NCBI GenBank assembly: GCA_036525695.1
Contig: DATCZX010000288.1
Location: 1 to 25,734 of the forward strand
Source of the DNA: Gammaproteobacteria bacterium
Lineage (GTDB): Bacteria > Pseudomonadota > Gammaproteobacteria > QNFN01
Reading direction: 5' to 3'
Length of the DNA stretch: 25,734 bases
Shown here in pieces: positions 9,133-16,532 of the stretch; within the stretch, counting starts at the first letter, position 1, and every line of letters starts with the position of its first letter. The notes under the pieces are model-generated. The model saw only the letters and a program-made list of their open reading frames with translations. It had not been told where the DNA came from and did not search any database. Made by a program: the position numbers and the translations under genes.

Positions 9133-10314
9133 TTACTTGGTCTCGATGATCACCGCGATCACGCGACGGTTGCGCTGGCGCCCGTCCTTGCTCGCGTTGT
9201 CGGCGATCGGCCGGGTCTCGCCGTAGCCGACCGTCTTCAGGCGGTTGGCATCGATCTTCTTCTTGTTGACCAGGTAGTCGCGCACCGAGTCGGCGCGGCG
9301 CTCGGAGAGCTTCTGGTTGTAGCTGTCCGGGCCGGTGCTGTCGGTGTGGCCCTCGATGGTCGCAACCGAGCCCGGGTGCTGCTCCATGAACGCCGCGGCG
9401 TCACCGAGCAGGGCGTGGTACTGCGGGCGGATGTCGGACTTGTCGAAGTCGAACTCGATCTTCAGCTCCATCCGCGTCGGCGCCATCATCACCGGGCAGC
9501 CCTGCGCGTCGACCTTGGTGCCGAGCGGGGTGTTCGGGCACTTGTCGAGGTAGTCGGGCACCCCGTCACCGTCGCTGTCGAGCGGGCAACCGCGGCTGTC
9601 CACCGGCGCACCCTTCGGGGTGTTCGGGCAGTGGTCGAAGCTGTCCGGCACGCCGTCGCCGTCGCTGTCGAGCGGGCAACCGTCGGCACCGACCGCGACC
9701 CCCTTCGGGGTGTTCGGGCAGCGGTCCTTGTCGTCGGTGACGCCGTCGCCGTCGCTGTCGAGCGGGGCGGCGGCCATCGCCTTCGGCACGCCGAACAGCA
9801 GCTGCAGGCCGGCCTGCAGCTGGTAGTCGTCGTCGTTATCGTCCCCCATGTCCAGCAGGTAACGGCCATCGAGGCGCAGGGCAACCTGTGGCGTGAGGAA
9901 GTACTTCAGGCCTGCGGCGAGGTTGATCAGCGAATCGCCGTCATCGTCGCCGCCCTGGGGGTCCATGTTGCGGTAGCCGATACCGCCGCCGAGGTAGGGG
10001 ACCAGTGCGTCGCCCTTGTCGAAGTGGTAGAGCCCGCTGATGGTGGCGATGTTCGTGTCGACCTCACCAGCGCCGCCGCGCAGGTCGACCTTCGAGTAAC
10101 TGAGCAGCGCCTCTACGCTCCAGTTGCGGCTGAAGTTGTGCCCGATGCCGAGGCTGTAGACGGTGTCGTCGTCTTCCACCGCCACGTTGTCGTACCAGTG
10201 CAGGCCGATCATCGGGCTCACCGTCCAGGCGCCCTCCCGCTCGACCGCCGAGGCGGCCCCGGCCGTCAATGCAAGCGCTAATGCAGCAGCAGCGCCAATC
10301 GCCTTTTTCATCAT
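9133..10314 (-). CDS. OmpA/OprF-family outer membrane protein with thrombospondin-type-3-like repeats
   Basis: 393 aa: signal peptide, N-terminal beta-barrel-like region (VPYLGGGIG, GLKYFL), three DSDGDGV..CP repeats, and a C-terminal peptidoglycan-binding domain (IEGHTDS, YNQKLSERRA, GYGETRPIA, NRRV). Confidence 0.93.
   Translation of the reverse strand: MMKKAIGAAAALALALTAGAASAVEREGAWTVSPMIGLHWYDNVAVEDDDTVYSLGIGHNFSRNWSVEALLSYSKVDLRGGAGEVDTNIATISGLYHFDKGDALVPYLGGGIGYRNMDPQGGDDDGDSLINLAAGLKYFLTPQVALRLDGRYLLDMGDDNDDDYQLQAGLQLLFGVPKAMAAAPLDSDGDGVTDDKDRCPNTPKGVAVGADGCPLDSDGDGVPDSFDHCPNTPKGAPVDSRGCPLDSDGDGVPDYLDKCPNTPLGTKVDAQGCPVMMAPTRMELKIEFDFDKSDIRPQYHALLGDAAAFMEQHPGSVATIEGHTDSTGPDSYNQKLSERRADSVRDYLVNKKKIDANRLKTVGYGETRPIADNASKDGRQRNRRVIAVIIETK
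9493..9762 (-). repeat. Three tandem 90-bp (30-aa) coding repeats, LDSDGDGVxDxxDxCPNTPxGxxVxxxGCP
   Basis: gtcgctgtcgagcggg recurs at 9571, 9661 and 9751, an exact 90-bp period. Confidence 0.93.
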
Positions 10315-10438
10315 GCGAACTCCCTATCAGTTGACCGCAAGAAGAGCGTTCCTGTCGCCGGAAACGACCTTCCCCCTCTATATAGTGGCGTAGATTAGCC
10401 CATTAACCGGGGCCTGTCACCGTGAAACCGCTGCGCCG

Positions 10439-11374
10439 TCAGGCGAAACGGTAGCCGAACGCGGCGTGGAACCGCTCGTCGATCTCGGCCGCGTCGAACG
10501 CGTGGTTCTGGGTGCCGTGGCAGCCGACCTTCAGCGCCCCGAGCAGCGCGGCGATGCGCCCGCTGGTCGGCCAGTCGAGCCCGCGCTCGAGGCCGAACAG
10601 CAGGCCGGCCCGGTAGGCGTCGCCGCAGCCGGTCGGATCGACCGCCTCCGCGACCGTCACCGCGGGTATCTCGTGGACCTGGCCCGCGTGGTGGATCAGC
10701 GAACCGGCGGCGCCGCGGGTGACGATCACCGCTTCGACGCGCCGCGCCAGCTGCTCCAGCCCGAGCCCGGTGCGCTCCTGCACCAGCCGCGACTCGTAAT
10801 CGTTGACCGCGAGCCAGCGCGCCTGGTCGATGAAGCGCAGCAGTTCCGCGCCGTCGAACAGCGGCAGCCCCTGGCCGGGGTCGAAGATGAACGGGATCCC
10901 GGCCGCGGCGAACTGCGCGGCGTGGTCGAGCATCCCCTGGCGGCCGTCCGGGGCGACGATGCCGAGCGTGACCCCCTGCGCCTCGGCCACCCGGTTGCGC
11001 TCGGAGGCGTTCATCGCCCCGGGGTGGAACGCGGTGATCTGGTTGTCGTCGAGGTCGGTGGTGATGTAGGCCTGCGCGGTGTACGTTCCCGGCACCTCGG
11101 TCACGTGGGTGCGCTCGATACCGCAGCGGTCGAGCCAGGCCGCGTAGTCGCCGAAATCGGTGCCGACGGTCGCCATCGGCAGCGCGGTGCCGCCGAGCAG
11201 CTTGAGGTTGTAGGCGATGTTGCCCGCGCAGCCGCCGAAGTTGCGCCGCAGTTCCGGCACCTGGAACGACACGTTCAGCAGGTGCACCTGCTCCGGCAGG
11301 ATGTGGTTCCGGAAGCGGTCGTGGAACACCATGATGGTGTCGTAGGCGAGCGAGCCGCAGATCAGCGTCGACAT
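10439..11374 (-). CDS. PfkB-family carbohydrate kinase, bacterial adenosine kinase-like
   Basis: 311 aa with GSLAYDTIM, FGGCAGNIAY, QITAFHPGAM and the PfkB signature VDPTGCGDAYRAG. Confidence 0.85.
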   Translation of the reverse strand: MSTLICGSLAYDTIMVFHDRFRNHILPEQVHLLNVSFQVPELRRNFGGCAGNIAYNLKLLGGTALPMATVGTDFGDYAAWLDRCGIERTHVTEVPGTYTAQAYITTDLDDNQITAFHPGAMNASERNRVAEAQGVTLGIVAPDGRQGMLDHAAQFAAAGIPFIFDPGQGLPLFDGAELLRFIDQARWLAVNDYESRLVQERTGLGLEQLARRVEAVIVTRGAAGSLIHHAGQVHEIPAVTVAEAVDPTGCGDAYRAGLLFGLERGLDWPTSGRIAALLGALKVGCHGTQNHAFDAAEIDERFHAAFGYRFA

Positions 11375-11405
11375 CGGGCGGTCCCCTGTTTCCGCGGGAC
11401 CGTGG

Positions 11406-11435
11406 ATGGTAGCGGCACGCCCCCGCCGCCGGCAA
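11406..11435 (-). promoter_or_regulatory. Candidate sigma70 promoter of the PfkB kinase gene
   Basis: Minus strand TTGCCG (11435-11430), 18-nt spacer, TACCAT (11411-11406). Confidence 0.45.
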
Positions 11436-11447
11436 CCGGTGGCGGGC

Positions 11448-12215
11448 TTACGGGTTCAGCGCGCTGTAGACCGTCTGCGCGACCGGCAGCAGCTGGTCGC
11501 GGGTCAGCGGAGCGGAGAGCGCGTAGCCGAACGGGCCGTCGACCCAGTAGAACACGCCCAGGCCGTCCTGCTCGGCGAAGCGGAACGCGGTGTCACGGTT
11601 GTCGCTGACCCCGGAGCGGACGTAGAGCGTGAGCCGGCGGCCGGCGCTGTCCTGGTACATCAGCTGGGCCGCCGGGCCGTCGCTGGCCGGGAGCAGGCGC
11701 CCGCCGACCAGCTGGTAGCCGAGGCCGTCGAGCGCGGGCGCGTGCAGCGGCGCGCCGAGGCGCTTGGAGAGCCAGCCGACCAGGTGCGCCTGCTGCGCCG
11801 CGACCACCTCGACCGGGTGCAATACCTCCGGGGCGTAGACCGCGTGCGCGACCCCGGCCGGGCGCGCCAGCGCCAGCTCGAGCGCCGCACCGGCGTCACC
11901 GGCGGAGCGCGCGTGCAGCTGCCAGCCCGCCACTCCGCCGATCACGCCGCCGAGCGCCAGCCAGGCGCTGACGGCGGCGACGGCCAGGCGGCGCGGTGCG
12001 CGCGGCCGCTGCACCAGGCGCTGCGGCAACGGCGCGTCGACGACCGGGTCGAAGCTGGAGTGCAGCACGGCGTTGAGCCGCCGGTAGTCGTCGACCTGCG
12101 CGGCGACCGTCGGATGCGCGGCGAGGTACTCCTCGAGTTCGCGCCGGCGCACCGGGTCGAGCGCACCGTCGACGTACCCGTGCAGGTCGGCCTCGCTGAT
12201 CGGTCCCCGGTTCAC
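11448..12215 (-). CDS. Transmembrane anti-sigma factor (PrtR-like)
   Basis: 255 aa with a GTG start overlapping the sigma stop (GTGA). N-terminal anti-sigma domain (LHGYVDG.LD...R...LEEYL) without HxxxCxxC, one TM helix, and a periplasmic domain (AHAVYAPE..HPVEV, WLSKRLG, GGRLLP, LMYQ). Confidence 0.85.
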   Translation of the reverse strand: MNRGPISEADLHGYVDGALDPVRRRELEEYLAAHPTVAAQVDDYRRLNAVLHSSFDPVVDAPLPQRLVQRPRAPRRLAVAAVSAWLALGGVIGGVAGWQLHARSAGDAGAALELALARPAGVAHAVYAPEVLHPVEVVAAQQAHLVGWLSKRLGAPLHAPALDGLGYQLVGGRLLPASDGPAAQLMYQDSAGRRLTLYVRSGVSDNRDTAFRFAEQDGLGVFYWVDGPFGYALSAPLTRDQLLPVAQTVYSALNP

Positions 12216-12721
12216 TTGACCCTCCGCAGCCGCGGTGCACTCCCGCCGCCGAGTTCCGCGCGCAGCCGCTCGCGCGCGCGGTGCAGGCGCGACATCACCG
12301 TGCCGAGCGGCAAGTCCAGCGTCGCGGCGACCGCCTCGTAGCTGAACCCCTCGAGCGCCACCAGCAGCAACACCTGCCGCTGCGGCTCGGGCAGGCGCTG
12401 CAGCGCGCGGTCGAGATCGCGGATCTCGAGCGCCATCTCCGGCGCCTGCGGACTCGCCGCGCCCGCCCCCTCCTCGTCGAGCGGGTCCTCGGCGGGGCGG
12501 CCGCGCAGCCGGCGCACGCGGTTGGCGTTGACCCGGTGCATGATGGTGAACAGCCAGGCGCGCATGTCGCTGCCGGCGCGCCAGCGGTGCAGGCGGCTCC
12601 AGGCCCGCTCGAGGCAGTCCTGGACCAGGTCGTCGGCGCTGCCAGCCTGCCCGGTCAGCGCGCGCGCGTAGCGGCGCAGGCGCGGGATCTGTTCCAGCAG
12701 CAGGGTTTCGGCGGCGTCCAC
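12212..12721 (-). CDS. ECF RNA polymerase sigma factor (PrtI-like)
   Basis: Region 2 (IPRLRRYARAL, ADDLVQDCLERAW, RAWLFTIMH) and region 4 (LLLVALEGFSYEAVA..L..PLGTVMSRLHRAR). The start is placed at GTG 12721 (169 aa) and is less certain; the track's 12937 start overlaps the upstream gene. Confidence 0.88.
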   Translation of the reverse strand: MDAAETLLLEQIPRLRRYARALTGQAGSADDLVQDCLERAWSRLHRWRAGSDMRAWLFTIMHRVNANRVRRLRGRPAEDPLDEEGAGAASPQAPEMALEIRDLDRALQRLPEPQRQVLLLVALEGFSYEAVAATLDLPLGTVMSRLHRARERLRAELGGGSAPRLRRVK

Positions 12722-12755
12722 GGTCCCGTCATGCGCGGCTCTACCTACCCGGACA

Positions 12756-12780
12756 AACACCGGGCGGGGCGGATTATTCC
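12756..12780 (-). promoter_or_regulatory. Candidate ECF-type (possibly autoregulated) promoter
   Basis: Minus strand GGAAT (12780-12776), 17-nt spacer, GTT (12758-12756), in the short gap upstream of the sigma gene. Confidence 0.4.
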
Positions 12781-12789
12781 CGGGCCCGC

Positions 12790-13257
12790 TCAGAGCGACT
12801 CGTCGACCAGCCGGCGCAGCAGTTGCTCGATCGCCTCCAGCGGTGGCGTGGCGCCGGAGGCGGTCGGCTTGGCAAAGGCCAGGTAGACGCTGCCGGCGTC
12901 GCCGGGCAGCGTGTAGACCGCGATCCGGTACGGGCACTGCACCAGGTCGGCCGGGTTGGCCTCGACCATGCGCCGGGTCAGCAGCGCGCTGCAGAACTCG
13001 ACCACCTCGGCCTGCCCGACCGGCGAGCCGCTGAAGCCGAGATCGGGCGCGGTGCGCTCGAGCATCTCGCCGACGTGGCCGACCGTGCTGACGGTCAAGC
13101 CGGCGCCGATGATCGCCTGCTCGAGGTTGCCGCGGATGTCGGCGAATTCGCCGCCGGTGCGCGCCACCACCCGGTGGCCGTCGTCACGCCATTCCGCGGC
13201 CTGCGCGGCTGCCGTGAGCAGCCACGCCAACACGGTGCACGAAGCCCATCTGCGCAT
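12790..13257 (-). CDS. Exported DUF302-domain protein
   Basis: 155 aa from the ATG at 13257. Signal peptide ending AAAQA-A, followed by the DUF302-type motifs EFCSA...A...CPYRIAVY. Confidence 0.75.
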   Translation of the reverse strand: MRRWASCTVLAWLLTAAAQAAEWRDDGHRVVARTGGEFADIRGNLEQAIIGAGLTVSTVGHVGEMLERTAPDLGFSGSPVGQAEVVEFCSALLTRRMVEANPADLVQCPYRIAVYTLPGDAGSVYLAFAKPTASGATPPLEAIEQLLRRLVDESL

Positions 13258-13302
13258 CGTCTCGCTCCCCGGGCTGCCGGGGCGGCAGCACTGTCGATCG
13301 AG

Positions 13303-13308
13303 TATAAT
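13303..13308 (+). promoter_or_regulatory. Consensus -10 box upstream of the radical SAM-ubiUV genes
   Basis: Perfect TATAAT in GC-rich DNA, 51 nt before the ATG at 13360. No recognisable -35. Confidence 0.5.
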
Positions 13309-13359
13309 CGGCCCCCCGCAGCCCCTGCCACGCAGCCAACTCGCCCAGGCCAACGCCAG

Positions 13360-13989
13360 ATGACCGACGCCGCCCGCCAGCAGTCGCCCGCCGCGCAGAC
13401 CATCGCCTACGTGATCGAGGACCGGCTCTACCTGAACATCACCGACCGCTGCACGCTGGCCTGCCGGTTCTGCCCGAAGACCCAGGGCTCGCGGCGCGTG
13501 CACGACTACGACCTGACCCTCGACCACCGCCCCGAGTTCGACGAGGTGGTGGCGGCGATCGGCGATCCCACCGCCCATGCCGAGGTGGTGTTCTGCGGCT
13601 ACGGCGAACCGACCCTGCGGCTCGGCCTGCTGCTCGAGGTGGCGCGCTGGGTCAAGCAGCGCGGCGGCCGCGTGCGGGTCAACACCGACGGGCTGGCCAG
13701 CCTGGTGCACAAGCGCGACGTGCTGCCCGAGATGGCCGGGCTGGTCGATGCGCTGTCGGTGTCGCTGAACGCCCAGTCGCCCGAGGTCTACAACCGCCAC
13801 TGCGAACCGGCGCTGCCCGGCGCCTACCAGGCGCTGCTGGCGTTCCTGCAGGAGGCCCCGCGCTACGTGCCCGAGGTCACCGCGACGGCGATCGACGGTC
13901 TCGAGGACGTCGACATCGAGGCCTGTGCGCGCATCGCGCGGATGTGCGGCGCGCGCTTCCGTCGCCGCGAGCTCGACGTGGTCGGCTGA
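13360..13989 (+). CDS. Radical SAM protein, TatD-associated family
   Basis: 209 aa from the ATG at 13360. LYLNIT.RC motif, CxxxCxxC (CTLACRFC), EVVFCGYGEPT, RVNTDG, LSVSLNA. Confidence 0.82.
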   Translation: MTDAARQQSPAAQTIAYVIEDRLYLNITDRCTLACRFCPKTQGSRRVHDYDLTLDHRPEFDEVVAAIGDPTAHAEVVFCGYGEPTLRLGLLLEVARWVKQRGGRVRVNTDGLASLVHKRDVLPEMAGLVDALSVSLNAQSPEVYNRHCEPALPGAYQALLAFLQEAPRYVPEVTATAIDGLEDVDIEACARIARMCGARFRRRELDVVG

Positions 13990-14001
13990 GCGGAGGCCGC
14001 G

Positions 14002-14997
14002 ATGCACCTGGTCTGTCCCGCCGGCAACCTGCCCGCGCTGAAGGGCGCGGTCGACCACGGCGCCGACGCCGTCTACATGGGCTTCCGCGACGACACCAAC
14101 GCGCGCTCGTTCCCCGGCCTGAACTTCAGCGAGGGGAATGCCCGCGACGCCATCCGCTACGCCCACGCCAGGGGCGCGCAGGTGTTCGTCGCGATCAACA
14201 CCTACCCGCAGCCGGACGGCTGGTCGCGCTGGGAGGCGGCCGTCGACCACGCCGCCGAGCTCGGCGTCGACGCGCTGATCATCGCCGACATGGCGGTGCT
14301 CGACTACGCGCTGCGCACGCACCCCGGGCTGCCGCGCCACCTCTCGGTGCAGGGCTCGGCGACCAACTACGAGGCGATCCGCTTCTACCACGAGCAGTTC
14401 GGCATCCGCCGCGTGGTGCTGCCGCGCGTGCTGTCGCTGCAGCAGGTCGAGCAGGTGATCGCGCAGGTGCCGGTCGAGGTCGAGGTGTTCGGCTTCGGCG
14501 GGTTGTGCGTGATGGTCGAGGGGCGCTGCACGCTCTCCTCGTACGCCACCGGGCAGTCGCCCAACGGCTGCGGCGTCTGCTCGCCGGCCAGCGCGGTGCG
14601 CTGGCAGGAGACCGCGGCGGGGCTCGAGTCGCGCCTCGGCGGGCTGCTGATCGACCGCTACGGGCCGGGCGAGCACGCCGGCTACCCGACCGTCTGCAAG
14701 GGCCGTTACCGGGTCGGCGAGTCGACCTACTACGCGATCGAGGAGCCGAGCAGCCTGAACACGCTGGAGCTGCTGCCCGAGCTGCAGGCGATCGGGGTCA
14801 AGGCGGTGAAGATCGAGGGGCGCCAGCGCAGCCCGGCCTACGTCAAGCAGGTCACCCGGGTGTGGCGCGAGGCGCTCGACGCCGTCGCCCGCGACCCCGC
14901 GGCGTTCGTGCCGCGGCCCGAGTGGCTGGCCGCGCTCGGCAAGGTCAGCGAAGGGGCGCAGACCACCCTCGGCGCCTACCACCGGCCGTGGCAGTGA
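14002..14997 (+). CDS. ubiU: O2-independent ubiquinone biosynthesis protein UbiU (U32 family)
   Basis: 331 aa with LVCPAGNLPAL, NAR.FPGLNF, four conserved Cys (GLCVMVEGRC, GVCSP, PTVCKGR), KIEGRQRSPAYV and the C-terminal QTTLGAYHRPWQ. Confidence 0.95.
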   Translation: MHLVCPAGNLPALKGAVDHGADAVYMGFRDDTNARSFPGLNFSEGNARDAIRYAHARGAQVFVAINTYPQPDGWSRWEAAVDHAAELGVDALIIADMAVLDYALRTHPGLPRHLSVQGSATNYEAIRFYHEQFGIRRVVLPRVLSLQQVEQVIAQVPVEVEVFGFGGLCVMVEGRCTLSSYATGQSPNGCGVCSPASAVRWQETAAGLESRLGGLLIDRYGPGEHAGYPTVCKGRYRVGESTYYAIEEPSSLNTLELLPELQAIGVKAVKIEGRQRSPAYVKQVTRVWREALDAVARDPAAFVPRPEWLAALGKVSEGAQTTLGAYHRPWQ

Positions 14998-15899
14998 GCG
15001 GCCCGCGCCTGAGCCTCGGCCCGGTCCAGTACCACTGGCCGCGGGCGCGCCTCGAGGCGTTCTACGCCGAGGTCGCCGACGGCCCCGCCGCGGTGGTCTA
15101 CCTCGGCGAGACGGTCTGCTCGAAGCGCCGCGAGCTGCGCCTCGACGACTGGCTGGCGCTGGCCACGCAGCTGCAGCAGGCCGGCAAGGAGGTGGTGCTG
15201 AGCAGCCTGGCGCTGCTCGAGGCCGAGTCCGAGCTCAAGCGGCTGCGCCGGCTGTGCAGCAACGGCCGCTTCCGCGTCGAGGCCAACGACATCGGCGCGG
15301 TGCGCCTGCTGGCCGCCGAGGGGGTGCCGTTCGTCACCGGGCCGGCGGTCAACATCTACAACCAGCACACCCTCGCGCTGCTGGCGCGGCAGGGACTCTG
15401 CCGCTGGGTGATGCCGCTGGAGCTGTCGCGCGCGACGCTGGCCGGGATCCTCGCCGAGGCGCCGCCCGCGATCGAGACCGAGGTCACCGTCTACGGCCGC
15501 ATCCCGCTGGCGTGGTCGGCGCGCTGCTTCACCGCCCGGCACCACAACCTGCCCAAGGACGACTGCCGCGAGGTGTGCCGCGACTACCCCGACGGCCTGC
15601 TGGTCGAGACCCGCGAGGCGCAGCCGTTCCTGGCCTTCAACGGCATCCAGACGCAGTCCGCGCAGACCTACTCGCTGGTCGAGGAGGTCGAGGACCTGGC
15701 CGCGCTCGGCGTCGACCTGCTGCGGGTCTCGCCGCAGGCCGCGGACACCGCCACGGTGCTGGCCTGCTTCGCCGCGGTGCTGGACGGCGGGCGTGCCGCG
15801 GACGACGCCGCAGCGGAGCTGGCGGGGCTGATGCCGGTCGGCGCGTGCCGCGGTTACTGGTACGGCGAGGCCGGGATCGCCACGCCGGCCCGGGCCTGA
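14994..15899 (+). CDS. ubiV: O2-independent ubiquinone biosynthesis protein UbiV (U32 family)
   Basis: 301 aa from the GTG overlapping the ubiU stop (GTGA). LSLGPVQYHW, YLGETVCSKRR, SARCFTARH..LPKDDC...C, NGIQTQS, CRGYW motifs. Confidence 0.93.
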   Translation: MSGPRLSLGPVQYHWPRARLEAFYAEVADGPAAVVYLGETVCSKRRELRLDDWLALATQLQQAGKEVVLSSLALLEAESELKRLRRLCSNGRFRVEANDIGAVRLLAAEGVPFVTGPAVNIYNQHTLALLARQGLCRWVMPLELSRATLAGILAEAPPAIETEVTVYGRIPLAWSARCFTARHHNLPKDDCREVCRDYPDGLLVETREAQPFLAFNGIQTQSAQTYSLVEEVEDLAALGVDLLRVSPQAADTATVLACFAAVLDGGRAADDAAAELAGLMPVGACRGYWYGEAGIATPARA

Positions 15900-15932
15900 G
15901 CCGTCGACTCGAGCGGCGCGCCGCGGAGCGTG

Positions 15933-16451
15933 CTACTCCGACCCCGCGCTGGCGGCGCCGCAGACCCGGCGGTAGGCCGCCAGTGCGCCGTCGAGCCAGC
16001 GCGCCGCCGCCGGCGGCAGCTCCTCGACACCGAACTCCAGGCTGTCGAGCAGGTTCTTCAGCTGCAGCCCCAGCGCGGTGTCGCCCTCGATGCGCAGGCG
16101 GCGCTGGAAGAACAGCGTGTCGGGGTCCTCGCGCCGGGTCGCCAGCAGCAGGAAGTCGTACAGGTCGCCGCTCATGCTGACGTCCGCCGGGCGCTCGCTC
16201 TGGCCGGCGTAGAAGCCGCCGACGCCGAGGAACAGCCGGTACTCGACCCCGGTGTCGTCGACGCGGATGGCCACGGTGCGGCCGAACAGGAAATCGAGTT
16301 CCCCGTCGCGCCGCGGCGCGGCGAGGACCCGGTCCAGCACGCCGGCGAGCACGGTCGAGTGCAGCACCGCGGGGACCAGGCGGAACGGCAGCCGCAGCGG
16401 CGCCGGCAGGCGCACGGCAGGTTCGTGGGCTGGCGAGGCAGGCTGGCTCAT
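15933..16451 (-). CDS. ubiT: SCP2-domain ubiquinone accessory factor UbiT
   Basis: 172 aa from the ATG at 16451. Contains the UbiT motif EDPDTLFFQRRL.IEGDT.LGL..KN and GELDFL. Adjacent to ubiUV. Confidence 0.9.
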   Translation of the reverse strand: MSQPASPAHEPAVRLPAPLRLPFRLVPAVLHSTVLAGVLDRVLAAPRRDGELDFLFGRTVAIRVDDTGVEYRLFLGVGGFYAGQSERPADVSMSGDLYDFLLLATRREDPDTLFFQRRLRIEGDTALGLQLKNLLDSLEFGVEELPPAAARWLDGALAAYRRVCGAASAGSE

Positions 16452-16460
16452 CGGGCGGCG

Positions 16461-16469
16461 ACTATAGCA
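16461..16469 (-). promoter_or_regulatory. Candidate extended -10 promoter for ubiT
   Basis: Minus strand TG-C-TATAGT, ending 9 nt before the ATG. Confidence 0.45.
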
Positions 16470-16487
16470 CGGCCCGCCGCCGCGCTC

Positions 16488-16496
16488 TGCTAAGCT
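16488..16496 (+). promoter_or_regulatory. Candidate extended -10 promoter for glgP
   Basis: TG-C-TAAGCT, 36 nt upstream of the ATG at 16533. Confidence 0.4.
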
Positions 16497-16532
16497 TGGC
16501 CCGGTTTCCAACCGCGTCCACGGAACCGGACG

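Noticed and set aside
9493-9762. Regularly spaced repeats as a possible CRISPR array
   Set aside because: They are contiguous in-frame 90-bp coding repeats with no unique spacers and no cas genes nearby.
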